The notes beneath the pieces were generated by a model. The model did not search any database. It saw only the letters and a list, made by a program, of their open reading frames with translations, and was not told the origin of the DNA. This document shows positions 1 through 16,000 of a DNA stretch of 64,000 nt, piece after piece (the stretch's first letter is position 1; every line of letters begins with the position of its first letter). This DNA is from Schmidtea nova (Eukaryota), in NCBI GenBank assembly GCA_044892505.1, contig JBJFYY010000085.1, positions 1-64,000 on the forward strand, in the 5' to 3' direction. A program made the translations under genes and the position numbers.

Positions 1-83
1 ATGAAAGTAGGTGAAATTAAGGTCAAAAAGATCGTTTTGTAGGTCAAATATAATAAATGTAGGTCAAGTCAAAAATTATATAG

Positions 84-123
<40 letters not shown>

Positions 124-687
124 ATTATATAATTATATATAATTAGGCCAGTGTAAAATTAAGTACGTCAATTGAAGATGTTTAAATTTAGATTAATCAG
201 GTCAAATAAGATAGGCAATATATAAGAAAGTATGCTTGTATTATGCTAAGTAGGGTCATCAAAATTCGTGCTGTATTATATCAAACACACTCTAACTCTG
301 CTGATATGGCATGGTAATTTAGTCTTTATGGTTAGTTTTCGGTGACCATAATGTTTCAATGAATCTCACTTAGCCGTAATTTATTTCTTTTACGAATAAA
401 AAGAGTGCACTATATGATTAATATGATGAAAAACAGTCGGATGCCCAGATCTTAGTGATAATATGGTCTCCAATTTCTTTAAATGTATATTATATTGTAT
501 ACATTATACAGTCATCTGGAGTAGGTTTAATGACTAAACATTATTACTTTAATATTGCCTGATTTATATTACTCACGGGCTAGCAAATCAGATCTGGTTC
601 CATTTTTGGCTTTTGCGTAAAATTGTTTCTGCTGGACACTAAATGATAAATATTTCATAATAATAATGTCCCTATATTGTCTCATAG

Positions 688-3600
688 CTCACTGTTCTTC
701 CTGAATCGGTGCAAGATCCTCTAATATTCGCTTTACCTGACAAAACACGGTTATCGTTGGTGGACTTCCCGCTCCACTTACCGTTGGAATTGCTAGGCAT
801 TGATACCTGCCTGAGATTGTTAACAGCAATAATTCTTGAGCAAAAGGTTGTCGTGCAATCCCGTGACTACAATGCCCTGACCATGTCCGTTATGGCCTTC
901 ACAGCGCTCCTCTATCCATTACAATACATGTTCCCAGTCATTCCGTTATTGCCCACTTGCATGCACGATGCGGAACAGGTATTCGTGAATATATTTCATT
1001 TATACTTATAATATTCCCCTGGAAATAAGCTCTTATTGGCCCCTACTCCATACCTTATTGGGCTACCTGCTAGTTTCCTTTCTTACAAAAAAGGATTCCA
1101 ATTACCTCCAGATGTGTGGCTAGTAGATCTAGATGCAAACAAGTTGGTCAGTAGTGCCAACAGTGATCCCCTGCCGTCGCTGCCGGAGCCTGAAAGAACT
1201 GAGCTTGTGCAACATCTTCAGCAAGCTATGGCAAGCATTCATTCAGCTCCACCAATCAACAATCTTGACCAATTCGACAAAACAGGTCTCATTCTACCTC
1301 CACAACAAAATGAACTCACTCAACCGCAAACCCGCCCATTGATATTTGGAAACGATGTTGACAGTGTTGATGTGGCAACTCGAGTGGCTATGGTGAAATT
1401 TCTCAACTCGTCAAACATACTCGCCAATTTCACTGAGCACACTCGCACGTTGCGCCTCTATCCTCGTCCGGTAGTCATGTTCCAGTACCTTTCCTTCATG
1501 AAATCTCGCAACTCAATGACATCATTCACTCGTCGGCTTGCTAGAACCCAGGCCGTGGAATTTCTTGCAGAATGGAGTCTTTGTCCGGAAAATGAAGTAT
1601 TTCAAAGAATACATGCTGGCCTTTACGACCCAGCAATAATCGGTGATAAACCCAAATGGTACAGCAGCAATTTGACGAGATCTGAGTTCATGGTATGTCG
1701 ACCGGTGGAGCAATGCACACTTCACCTGAATTGGGACTCTGGAGACCAGGAGGATTCCGATGAAGCCAGTGGTAAGAGTTTTTTTAATTTTATTTCTTTT
1801 AGAGTAATGNNNNNNNNNNNNNNNNNNNNNNNNNNNNNNNNNNNNNNNNNNNNNNNNNNNNNNNNNNNNNNNNNNNNNNNNNNNNNNNNNNNNNNNNNNN
1901 NNNNNNNNNNNNNNNNNNNNNNNNNNNNNNNNNNNNNNNNNNNNNNNNNNNNNNNNNNNNNNNNNNNNNNNNNNNNNNNNNNNNNNNNNNNNNNNNNNNN
2001 NNNNNNNNNNNNNNNNNNNNNNNNNNNNNNNNNNNNNNNNNNNNNNNNNNNNNNNNNNNNNNNNNNNNNNNNNNNNNNNNNNNNNNNNNNNNNNATAAGA
2101 AAATAAGATTTTGTTGCGAAATATTTTTTATTAATGGAAAATTTCCGATTATAAAATAATTCTCATCAATCCTAATTCGAAATCTATCTGGTATCTTCAT
2201 ACATTTCTGCTGAATTCTTTTTCGTGAATTCTTTTTCTTTTCATTGAATGTTAATCTGATTAATATAAATTTTAAATTTAAAAGTATTTTTTTTAATTTA
2301 AAATATAAAATAAGCACTCTAAAATTTAAAATTTTTGGAATAAATATAAATATAAATCTTAATTTAATTTTATATCTCTTTGAAATGCCAATATATGGGC
2401 GATTTCGCCAAATGGGCGATTTCGCCAAATGGGCGATTTCGCCAAATGGGCGATTTCGCCAAATGGGCGATTTCGCTAACTTCGTTAATTTTTGGGTTTT
2501 TGTCTATAATAAGAATAGCTTCTTTCAGTCTGAGATTTTTTTCGTCATTTTCGCTGGTCAATATTCTCACTGATATTAAATTTATTTTATTTCTGTCTGC
2601 CATTGGTGAAGATGTCTACATACAGATAAATTTCCAACAGGATCAAGAAATAATATTTTTACCTTCGAATTCCTTTCATCAATGACCGGATCGACTTTAT
2701 AATCTCACTGATCTTCCAATTCGTTTGGCACATAGATCTAAGACATTGAGGCAAGGCCAGTCTAACAACTCGAAAAAAGAAAATACCTATAAGGACCCGT
2801 CCATCACAAAAAATTATTTCATTTGACAATTTTATCATTATTATTTAGTCATTCAAATAAATTTAATCTTTTATTCACTAGATGTCAACAGTATGAATTA
2901 TATTTTAATTAAATTTCACTTTAACTTACTTCATCATGAAAGGAATTCAAGCGCAAATAAAAAGATTTTCGTGGCGTCATATTAGAGGGCTGCCATTTTG
3001 TGACGTCCTGTGGGGAGGGGGAGGGCGCAAAAATCGGTCAAAATTGCGTGATGTCATTTATGGGCGGGCCCTAAGATGGAAAACTACCAAACACCAACGA
3101 AAATATGTTTCCGCAAGAACATTGTTTATAGCATCATGTTAATAAATGAGAAGAAATTTACATAGGAAGCACCCTTCGGACTTTGCATCAGAGAATTAAA
3201 GAACACCTTGATCCTGGTGTTGTCAGATATATAGAGTATGTGAATTCTGGTGCGATGTGGGATTGTCCACCAAATTTTTATTGAAAAGATTCCTTATCAT
3301 TATTTAGCAAAGGTTAAGCGGCCTGATTGCGTGTGGCGATTTAGAGGTTGTATCAGCGGGGGACAAGGGCAGGCATTAGCTTAATGGCTACCAGTGACAA
3401 TGGAAATATTTATATAATATATGCCATATGTGAACAGTTCTCGTTTTACAACTTTCCATTGGGGTTTATTGAAATATTCATCTGCCATTCTAGATTTAGA
3501 GGTGAGCAGTGAAGAGGAAAGAGACACGAGCACATTGTCATCGTATTCCAGTTACAATGATTTCCTGACAGACATTGTCGACAGTGGCATCAATAGCGAC

Positions 3601-6600
3601 ACGTTCAAATCAAACGATGAATATGAGCCGACGGAAATGGAAAAGTTATCCGTGGATTTGGAGCAGGCATTCTGTGTTGCTACTGGCTGTGTGAAGGATA
3701 AGGATGATTTGTCATTGCTATCGAATAGCAGTATGGAAGAAGAGAGCACGAAGGAGGACAATGGCAACAACACGTCATCAGATCAAGTGAGTAGTCCATA
3801 TTTGCATTGAGTGCATTATCATTCCTTATCATGGAATGGACTAGATATATCATATTTTGCTATCTTTATATCGGTGGAGGGGTTTTCTTATGCATGCTCT
3901 TATTTTCCTTAGGATGATTCCGATATCTGGGATCTCAAATATCAGGACCGCAACCAGCCAGCTCCAATTGAGGATACTGTTCCCAGTAAGCCACCGTCTC
4001 GATTACATCAGAAAAAGACCTCTTCGTCGTCTTCTTCTCACACTGCATCTTTGAATAATTCTTCAATAGATTCAGGCAGTTGGACTCCAAGAGGAACCCT
4101 GAATTCATCGGTAGACCCTAGTCTATAGCTTGTGTAAATGTTGTTAGCCTACGCATGCCTCTTTCACGAGCAGCTGTAATAATAATAATAATAATAATAA
4201 AAATAATAATAATAATATAATTAGTAATAATATAATGATTATATCTGCCCGTGATAATATATATCCCAATCAATGTATTTTTAATCAGTGATTATATCTC
4301 AATGTTGTCTATCCAATAATACCCATAGCATATCAATATCACCACATTTCTGCATTTATTGACTGGTTACCAATAATAATGGGAAATCGATGTGCCAGCA
4401 CATGTGCAACTGAACGAGAACGTCCTATTGATTTGATCACTTTACTTAGCTCTGCTAATTGGTTGGCAAAACCAGGCGGTTGCACCGTCTGCACTCAATT
4501 GTGCACTCTAGAAGATTAGTTGTTCCCTCTCCTCCATAGATATTTAAATAAACATATCAAAATCTAATAATTATGAATTGAAAAAATCAAATATCAATAT
4601 CAATTGCAAAACGTTTGTAGACGGTGTAAAATTTGTGCTAGGCATACTGCGGAGTAAGAGCGGTTATGAGGATATGTGAAGGGTGATGATGTTGACAAAT
4701 CTTCATAAATACCGAGAGTGACAGCCATATCAAAAAGCTGTATATAAAGCTTTGTCTCCACCTCAAATTTGATGTTCGTGTCGTATCTGTTATTGAATTA
4801 CGTTTTTTTCACATTTCGCTTGTTGTCATTTATTCCGTTTTTATTTCAGATCAAGAATAACGCGACAAAATCTGGAAACAAGTTGGCTTTGATATTAGGA
4901 TTTTAATAATGAATTTTATTCACCCTTCACAGGTCGTCTCCTATGAGACCGCCGCCACCGACAAAAGTAGGATCAATAGGATCACATCCTGGCACTCCTC
5001 AGGGTGCTCCAAAAGCCACGTTCTTTCCAGAGGGTTTATTTTAATGCGTTATTTGTAATTGACGTTGAGTATTAACCCATTCAGAAAATGTTAGTAATGG
5101 ATTGAATACAGATCCCAAGGTAAGATTTACTTGAACTCTTTTCTGGTATGGTACTTCCTTGAACTCGTTCTTTATCGATACATGTCGGGTTTCCCATTGA
5201 CGATTCATCAGATCAGGCTTTTTGACCTTCGCTGTAACTGTCACTCTTTAACTTTAAAATTAAACGAGGCTTCCGTTTATGTGTACATATGATCACATAG
5301 AATCATAGGATTATATGGGACCACGTGGGATCACATTGTGTCATATAATTATTAGCTGGCTAGTAACAAGTTATATGTGCATATTTATTAGAACAGGGTC
5401 CGTAACGTTATTAGCTACGTGATCCGAGATCTGTGAGGATTTACTTTCATAATTTAATCTAATTTCTTCCTATCCTGCTTCATGATCTTCTTACGATTAG
5501 TTCGGAACTGCCTAAAGTTTACAAACAAATAGTGATAAGAAAGTTGCTTTGTTATCAATATCGTCAATATCCTCTGTCACTTGTATTCCTCGTTATCGTT
5601 TCTCAGAGCGAGTACTCGAGACTTATATATTGCAATGTAAACCCCGTATACAATTGCTATTGAAATAGATTATCAACAAATCATTGCGAAATTCCCAAGC
5701 TCCCGGTGATTCTCAGTCGAATGCGTCCAGTGATTCCGAGATGACTGGATTGGAGCTATTAAAAGATTTGGGTGAGCAAGTAACCGACGCAGCAAGTCAG
5801 GCTAGTAGCACAATTAATGATATATTAGGTGGGTCCTATCAGTGCTTTGTTAGGTTCATGTGACTGTCTGTTGTTTTTCAGGTTCCAAGGGTCTGTCGGT
5901 GCACAAATTTACGAAACCGTATTCACATCTAGGTAAGTCTTATCTTATTTGATTGATAATTCATATTATTGCCAATTTCACACGCAACTGAAAAATAATT
6001 CATATATGCTGATATTGTGCTGATCGATAATAAATGGTGCCAAAGGATGTTGCTACATATCCTTCCTGAACATTGTATTCCTTGACTTTCTGAAGAAAAT
6101 TGTACAGTACTTTGACTCACCAACTCGTCGCTACTAAGCATAATTACTCAATGTTTCTAACCTGGACAAAGTTGATATAAATGGCGCAAATTTTTAGTGA
6201 GGCCCTTAGCAAAATGTTTGGTGGGCACCTGTTTTATCAACATTTGATGTCGTCCACGTCTTACAGTTCACATTCTGGCTTTTGACTTGCTGACCAGAAA
6301 GGACATTGCGACAAATTACATTATAATTTATGCTTTTGCCATGCAGTCAATTTAGTACGTCAAAGGGTGCTTCAATTCCCTTCTGTGAAATATCAATATC
6401 AACTTTGTACTTATACAAAAAGAATATTATTATCAACGAAATGCTAAACAAATTTGCCAAGTCTGAACATTTATAAAAATATATAATAATATAAAATTAT
6501 AATATGAAATAAAACGCATTCATCCCTTCTAGTTTATTTATTTTGATAATTTTGGTACCCGAAACGAATATTTTTTAAAATTTCATAACAACCAAAATAC

Positions 6601-9600
6601 AAAAGAATGTCAGTAATTTTCACAAATATTTTATTCGTTTTTTTATACTACTTATTTATAAAATTATCGCTGTTGGCAGCTATGCACTAGCAGACGACTG
6701 TTCGGGTAGGATTCTCTCTCATTTGGCCGATTTTTGGTTGGAAATTCTTAAAAAATGTGCAGCACATTGAGAGAATCACTTTGTAGCGCAATATGAAAAC
6801 ACATTGTGATTCACTACAAATTACAATTAGGAGCATTTGATAAAACTGTATGGAACTTTCTGTTTTGTTGGAGATGAGGAACCATATTTTATTTTGGATA
6901 ATTGTCGAATCCATTGTGATGTTTTTCTGGATAATATCTATCATAATTTGATGTATCGAAATCGAATATTAAAATTAAAGTATCAACAGTAATTTATATT
7001 GAAAAACCTTTTACAAAAAGCAATGACACGCCGATCCACAACATCGAAGATTTAATATCCACATTAAGGGGTCTCAATATGACATCATATTATTGGCACT
7101 GCTTGTCATATATCTATATTTTTATTAAAAATGTAAATAAATGGTGAATAATTAAGCTCCGTCCATTTAATTTTTATTTAGTCTTTTTAATAAAAATAAA
7201 ATTTAATCGCTTTAAAATACAATTATATCATATATGTATAAATATATGTATAATTATATCATATATGTAAAGTTTAATACATATACGATATAAATGTATT
7301 TTAAAGGGATTAGATTAAGTTAAAACCCCTGTATTAAATAAATACTTAAACAAATATGGCAAAGATTAAATTAATGAAAAACGCAACTAAATACGAGTCA
7401 GATTGTGCTGTCAGAACATGAGGAACGTATTTTGGAATATTGTCCTAATAATTGTATTAAAAATCGGGTTGATGAAAATGAATTGCGTGCATAAATTGAA
7501 CGTTTGTTTTATCATACATGTATGTGAAATAAGGATGCTGATTTGTGTTATGTTAAAACAAGGATTATTTAGTGTTAAAGAATTTGGCAAAGAAAAACAT
7601 TAATGTATGTAAATTTGATTGATGAAATGGATTGGTGATGTTGGACCATGACGTGTATTTAGAAAAATTGAATAATGTCCTCAGTTTGAGAAAATAAATA
7701 ATATTCGGGAAAATGGTAGATTGCTACCTATAAAGGATGAATGATATGTTAAAACGTTTTATCAATAAGGAAAGTATTGATGAAGTAGTTAAATTAATTC
7801 TTTCAAAGGGTTCACAACCAGTAAAATTGTATGGACTTCCAAAAAAAGACCTGTTTTATTTGGATGGATTATACTCGTCCGCGGCGTACAATTTTTTTAC
7901 AAGATTCACAAACGAAGAAATTATAAAAATAAATTCCAAAATAAAATCCAGCATGGAGTGAGTAGAAAATTCTTAGGCCACGGCTAATATACGATATATG
8001 TGAAGCGTTGTTGATTAGATCTTTAAATCTTAAAATTAATGTGCAAAATACTGTGAATACGTTTATTTTGAATGTTTTTAATATAGTTTGGAATGCTAGT
8101 TTGTGTGTGTGTGTGTTGTTATATTAATTAAATTGAATGATGAAATTGGATTTTTGTTAATCATTTTAATATTTATTATTAGATTTATTTTTAATAAATT
8201 TAAATTATATTTAAAAGTTAAAACTTTATCTAATTATATTTTATGATTTGTTTCAATAAATTGAATTTAACAGTTTTTTCTGGATACTTGAAGATAGCAG
8301 GAAGTCTATCGAAATATATATTAGGGATGTTAAATAAGTGGCGTTTTTCATTAATTAATATTAAATGTTGATAGTAAAAAAATATTTTAAATTACTATAA
8401 ATCAAAAAATATTTATTATTTTCAAAATCTTAAATTTTATGCATTATTAATAATAGGAGTTTTCCGCACTGATTGTCATACTTATTTATTACCTATATCA
8501 TTATTAACTTTTGCATGACTAGATAAAAAATATTTTTTGAACTAGTCTTACAAAAATTAATATGAATACACTTAGACCACGCTTTGCACTGTAGAGGCGT
8601 TCAGTAGCGTCACTAAGGTTGGTGTCACCCGATGCGCTAACTCATGGTGTCACCTAACGACAACTTCAAAACTACCAACATCCAATACAACGACAAAAAC
8701 AAATCATTTTTAAGCACATGCAGTGGGCGAAACAAACACTATTGTAGGTTATGTTAGACGTGAACTAGCTAACTGCGAAAAAGCCGCAGTGGAGTGCCGG
8801 GGAGCCTATCGATGTTTTTGACAGTTGTCAAGAGCATCGACACAGATATATTTTTATATTTCAATAATATAATACATTTATGTCGCTGGGCACTGAGGCG
8901 GCTGGGCTGAAACAATGCATAACAATAATTTTATGGAGTGACATAGAATCATGGACAGTGATATTTTGCATTTTGGTGTTACCCGTTGCGGTCCGCACCC
9001 CGAACCCCTTAGTGACACCACTGGATGCGTTCCACAATATCCCGACTCAAAGTGAATTATTACCTAAACGAATAGACACAAAGCGAGGCCTATGTGAATT
9101 ATTTAAATCCTAAATTTTATTTAAAAATAAATATGAAATAAAAAGGAATAATGATTTCAAAGTATAGTTTGAAAACCGTGAATTATACTTTTTCTTATGA
9201 AAACTTATAAAACTTACCTTAAAAAATAACTTAAAATATATTTAACACATTCATTGCAGAGCGATATTTCTTCAATTTATTCCCCCGCGCCAAATTAGTT
9301 TCGTTGATTTATTTTAATAAAATATTTAAAAACATTACTTTTTTAGTAATACATTCAAATTATATAATGACGCCAAACTCTCTTTCCTGGCGTCAGATAA
9401 CTTCAAAGAGCATGGAAATGCCACGAGTCAACTCGTATATGGCGATAGATCAGAAGACATCTACCACAAGTCAATTCATAACTGAAGTCTAAAATCAAAC
9501 CTTTAAATACGAGTTAACTTGAAGTCGGCAGCGAACGTCTTAATGAAATTATGCTTATTAAAGTCATGTGACTTATAATTTATCTGCTTATAGCAGATTG

Positions 9601-10607
9601 AAATTATAAACGACGTAATAGCGATTTAACGTACATCATTTCATCTACATTACCACCAGTCTGACTAGCTATTGGTTCACAAGGCATTCTTTACTTTACA
9701 CTAGGCATATTAATAAGTAGTATATCATATAAAAACTACATTTTATAAATAAATTATATATGTAAAAACTGCATTATGAAAATTATCAGGTCACCGGAAA
9801 TCGTCTGTTGAAAAATCCTTCTTGTCTAAACAAGCAAATAATAGCATTATGAAGGCGAACAGTGGCGCTCCGAATCCTGACAACAAAAAGATGATGGACA
9901 GACAAGTACAGAAAATTCTAATGCAGGAACAAATGCGAACCAATGCTCAGAGGTAAATGACATCCGGTTGGAAAAGATATTATCAGTTCCATATTATCAG
10001 TTCCGAGAATCAGACATTCCTCAAGGAAATGGTGCAGAACATCTTGAAAGGCAGCACGCCCAATGTATTCAATCGAGGTAAGGTGTCAAAACTGCTGGAG
10101 GATGAGAATTATCGCAATTTCGTATTGTCCAAATTGTATGTATCGTTAGAGCGCAAGATATCTGAAAGTCAGCCCCACATAGAAAATGTGGTAAGGAGTT
10201 GAACTGTATCTATTTCCATAAATTCTCTACCTTCTTTCTAGCTTATTTCCAGCAAATCGGTGTTCAAGGCTATTCAATGGCTGTTGAGTATAATCATTCA
10301 AGGATTGGAATATTCCTGTCGAAACCGAGGTATTGGTGGCATGGCTAGCGCATACTTGTTACTAGAGATCATCCATACCCATTATTTGTGCCAACAACCA
10401 TTAACAGGGGGGTCTAGGATAGGCAGCCAGACTAATCTCTCTCATGTAAGTCATGTTCCATTAGATAGTTATGCTTAAACGCTTTCATTCTTAGGCCAGC
10501 TCCCCGGACAGCAGCAGCACTCAAGATTTTATCAAGGATGAAAGTTTGGTTAATACGGTTGGTAAGTAAGATCATTAATTATATCCTTTATGGAATCTAT
10601 TATTTTG

Positions 10608-10665
<58 letters not shown>

Positions 10666-12914
10666 TTTCATCTGATTTATTTATTCTTCATATTACTTCA
10701 TTTTCATTGTATTTATTATTATTTACAAATATTTTCATTATTAATATAACACTTCCTTGATATAATCATACGCAGCTGGATGGTTCAAGGACGCAGCTAG
10801 GGATATAAAAGGAACAACAAAAGAATTAGCATCGAATAATGCATTTAGTAGCTTTAGAAGACAAAGTCAAGGTTATTTATGGTCACTTAGCCATTTTATA
10901 GCCGTTGTATTATAAATGTTGTCATTGTCTCATTATTGTTTACTTCTTGTCGTGTTGTTGCAGTGCCTTACAAATGAATATTTGCCTTTTCCCTAGATCA
11001 ACAGAAGTATATTGAAATCTTTATAGATATCCAACCTCCGAAACCACCAGTTTCTCCTCAGCTACCAGACAATTTAGAGCCACCATTGGGACCACAAATT
11101 GGACCTGAACAGGATTTGCTTCGTTCATTGGTTATGGGGAAATCAACAAGACTCAGCAAAATGGTGTCCATAGAATCGGACAGATCGGACTACATTGGTG
11201 CGAGTAACAGCAGTGTCATCTCAAACACGAGAATAACACATGAAGCCATCAGACCAGTCGCACTGAGGGATCCCACAATGTTGCATGATACGAAGGAGCA
11301 TTCACCAGACCACGAAATTACGGGTAACGGTTCTTTATCTTTTTTACTAAATTATTTATTTTCAATAATACTGACGGGTATGACTATACTTTCTGGGGTT
11401 CAGTTTAAGGATTGATCTATTTCCTTTGAAGCATTTATATATATAGTAACTTTCAATGTCACCTTCTATATTGCAGGTCGCTGTGTGCATCAAATGTGAC
11501 ATTATGCAATTTTATGGCGAAATCAGTCTTTTTAGAACTGCTCTTTATGAATATTTGATCGGATTTCTTTCATATATAACCTTTTGCAGTCCACCTTTGC
11601 ATTAGACTTTGCATTATTTCATTTATTAGTGTTCTTTGGTAGTTATGATAATTATAAACCAATTACCACAACCCCAAACCCCACTAATAAATGAAATATT
11701 AACACTATCTAATGCAAAGGGAGCACTAGCACATGAGGATCCCTATATTTATTTTACAACTTTCTTTTAATTTACAGGGTTAGAAACAGAAAACTTACAT
11801 CATCATTATTATAATGCCACTGTTTGCTAAATCTACTACTGATAATTATCGGTAGATAAATTCTGATACGTTATTCATAAAAATTTGAGGTTCGTATATT
11901 ATCTGATTAAAGGCATTTTCATGTCTTAGTTCTGTGCGATAATTAACCATTGTCATTCCTGGGATTAGTACCCTTCTAATCATTTGAATGTGTGTGCGTG
12001 TTGAATAAGGAGTTAACGCGACTGTCATTATTAGTTATCCTCTACAATAGGAATAATTATGGGAAACCCTTATCCCATAATGTGTGAAATGAAATTACTT
12101 CATAAGCTTTACGAGCGCATTAGAATGGGAATAATTCCCAAGGGCTAATTGATGCATTTTCATAATTATATCAGCTGAACCTTCAGGACCGTTGTATGTG
12201 AAATGCAAATGGAGTGGCAAGTACCGCTATCATTGCGGGAAATTGGTGGCGGTGGAACGGTGCCCCCAGAATGAAATTGACACAAAAATGTCACCACAGC
12301 GATTGTATTTATTCGAGTGGTTTATCAGCGATCTAGACAAGTTACGCCATAGCCTTTGGGCAAATTTGCAATTCTGGGAAGACGTGTTCCTGGATGCAGT
12401 GGCACAAGAACGGGACATGGTAGGAATGGATCAAGGCACTGTGGAGATGATGAAACGGTATTCCACTTTGTCACGAGTCGAGCGCAAGAGGTTGCAGTTG
12501 GATGAGGATCGGCTGTTGAGCACCCTTCTTTTCAATTTGGCCGCTTTCATGTTGATGATGCGAATGGATGTCAATGACATTAGAAATAAGATCCGTCGGA
12601 TCTTGGCATCTTGCCATCTTGGTCTGCATTACAGTCAGCAGATTAATTATCTATTAGATCAGCTGCATAAATTGGTATATTTTCCTTTTCCTTTCTACTT
12701 GTCAAGATTTGTAATGCCCTTAGCAAGCCAATGACATTGATCTCAAGCCCATGGTCAGCCGCCTCATGCAGAAGAAGTCCTTCACTGTCCATTGGGGCAC
12801 TGATCTCAATGGGGATATCTTATTTTTTGAGGTGACATTTTCATTTTCAATAATTTCTATCTATTAAAATCATTTTTTATAAATATTTATATTATTATTA
12901 CTATTACTATATTA

Positions 12915-13000
<86 letters not shown>

Positions 13001-16000
13001 GCAAATAAATTACAGTGAACCCCGTCTATAGTGGGCATGTTTCAGACCATGATTTGTGCATCATGACGGCCACGTATGCTAGTTAACTTCTAAAAGGCCA
13101 TTAGGCTAGTTTAGAAATGAAAGATATAGATGGAATTGTATCGGGCAGCGCGCAAGAGATATAGAGGACCCTAAATGTTTACATCGTACTCATAAGGCTT
13201 CGTACGCAGAAGTCGTTTTATTTTAGGGCAAATGAGACGCTTTAGTGTGGATATCCTCCTTGATTAGGTTATGTCGTCGGATATTATTGTCTCATCGTTC
13301 AGATACAGATCTTTGCACTCATTTACCTTATAACAACCGTGTTAATGACGATATCTTCACTACAGATTCATCCGTCTCTTTCGGCTTATTTTCACGCCAG
13401 GCGCAACTGTCCATACAAGCGGCGTATAACATGTGGTGCAATGTACATTAATCAGAAATAGGTGCCAATTATTAATCAAACATTACTTGGATGAAGTATC
13501 GCTTTAAAAATCAACATGTTTTGAGTGTAAAAGCTGAAAACATATGAAAGTTAAAAATATAAATGGATAAAATATTATTAAAAGGAAAGCTGGTCCCTGA
13601 GGCATAGGTGTATAATAGCAACTAGTTAAATAACTAATTGAATGAAATTATTCCATAAATCATTGCGAAAGATGAAGGCAAAAAGTCGGTTATGCAAATA
13701 GGGGATATAAAATGGCATGGGCGGGATTGGAGGGGGAAACTCGATATCGGGCGGGTCTCGTGAAAGAAATCTAGATAGGAGATATCCCCACAATGATTGG
13801 TGGGGAACGGTTATATCTGAACCAACTGATAGAGGGACAATTGCCATTGTGAACCATTACAAGATATTGGTTGTATTGTGGTGGAAATATCTAGAACCAA
13901 GTTGCGGAGGAATAAATATTTTAGTCTGTTTACAACACTGGTTATAGAATTTGGAAAGCTTTGGGATATTTGATTAATTAATTAATTGATTTGCTGAGAG
14001 TGGATTCTGTAGATATCCAATCAAACTAGTTGAAACCCCAACCGAGGGCTCCCGTATTAGTGTCATCCAATAGGATAGGAGGGCTCTCACGATATTCTGC
14101 TTCCCAATTGGTTAATATCCCAATTATTGAATGATTGCACTGCCAAATGGCCTTGGATAAGGGGAGAGTGGGGAATGCCTGGATATGGGACTCAATCTCA
14201 ATATGATATTAATAGGTATTCGACGACTGTATAATCCTTCGCAGTATATCAGGAGCCATCGTAGACAGGTGGTGGTTCGAGAAGATAATCCATTTCAGCT
14301 TCTGTCCAAAAACCAAAGTCGTGGTATTCTGGATGAAGGACGGCTCGAAAATCGCCCATAACAAGCTCTACACCAAAAAGGTAATAAATGTAATAAATGC
14401 TACTGATAAATATCTGCAATGCCAGTGCAAAGAACTCTACAACTGTGTCAAGGAGACGATGGAAAGGGCAGCAGCCAGGACGATGAGCGGAGGAGACCCA
14501 TGTTTGTTTTGTTGATTGTGTTACCGCTCTGTCCTCTAGTAGTGTATCACAATGTCCTTTACGTGTTTTTGTCTTTTCAGCTCCAGAAATGGGTGGTGAG
14601 TTCCCGATAAAGGATCGCAATACAGAGGAGGAAGGAATCTTACAGGTTTGCATGGACGGTTTGTCCATCAATTTTCCCACGAAACAAGTAAGCAGCAAAT
14701 TTGTTGTAAAATTTTGGCAAATGTTTTGCATGTAAGCATATGATGAGGTTGATGTTCACCTGTGTGTTTTTCAGCACTTTGTTCCCATTGCACAAATCAG
14801 ACGCTGCCTCACTCACAAGGCTAACATTTTCATCATTGAGATCATTGGTAAGTGTTGTCACCTTTCTCCTCTCAGCTTACTGTAAGGAGCTAAATGGAAT
14901 GATCATTTACCTAAATGCTTTGACGTTTTTAATGCAACTTATTTGTCATTTTATTATCATTATTATTATATAATATAATATTAATATTATTTATTATCAT
15001 TATCTTTTGGCTTCACTTTGATCTTTTTTAATTCAATAATTTCCAAGTCTACAGATCAAATCAATAATTATTTTATTGAGTACACGATATTTCTGCACCG
15101 CCTTTATCGAGTGTATAATCTTAGAAAAATGAATTGAAAATTATTGAAATAATTATTTATTATTATCATTATTATTAATATCAATAATTCCCATAATGGT
15201 AAGACTAGATCAAATTTTATTTAAATAAGTATACAATATTTCGGCACAGCCTTTATCAAGTATAGTCTTACCATTATGGGAATTATTGATATTAATATTA
15301 AAAAATCAAAAGTGAAACAAAAAGATAATTATGACATTATTATTACTATAAATTTGTTTAATATTCTATCGATTTTCCTATTTAATTTGGGTCATTCCGT
15401 TCATGGTGAATGTGATTGCAAATGACAACTCACAATATAAGGATAGCCTCCCTCTGGGATAGACTCATTGAACTAATTGATATCATGCGGGCTTCAGTGC
15501 ATGAAACATTCTATGTATATTCGCTATTGGAAATGGGATTGTTATATGGAGTTGCATACAAAATGTTCCTTATTTGTTGTTTCTGTCGTATAAGATAATA
15601 ACATGTCCATATTATTGGCAGAGTATCTTATTATTTATCAGCACTAGTCCCGTCACCGTTTAAATATGAGTCAGAGAATTATCCACAAATAATTTATTTT
15701 ATTCTATTGATTTCGTTATCTTTTCCTTGGTGTAATGATTAGTCAGTATTGGCCAATCAGCATCGCATGCACACTTTACGCATACGCCATTCATTGATAG
15801 GTAAACCAATCAAATCATTAGATTGCATCCAATCATTATTTTATTGATTTTGAATGCTTTTTCATCAACTTTATCCAGAATTTTATTTTGTTGTTGTTGT
15901 AAAATTAACATAGATGCTCATTTCAAATGCTATTAGAATGTCAATCAAATTTAGGAGAAATGTTCATAACCGTTTACTACTTACGTTATGCTGCTTTCAA

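Noticed and set aside
1799-2428. ORFs containing X runs (also 16539-16823 and 62196-63137)
   Set aside because: Artefacts of translating through N gaps.
14249-14731. 160-aa minus-strand ORF
   Set aside because: Antisense to three MADD exons; no recognisable motif.
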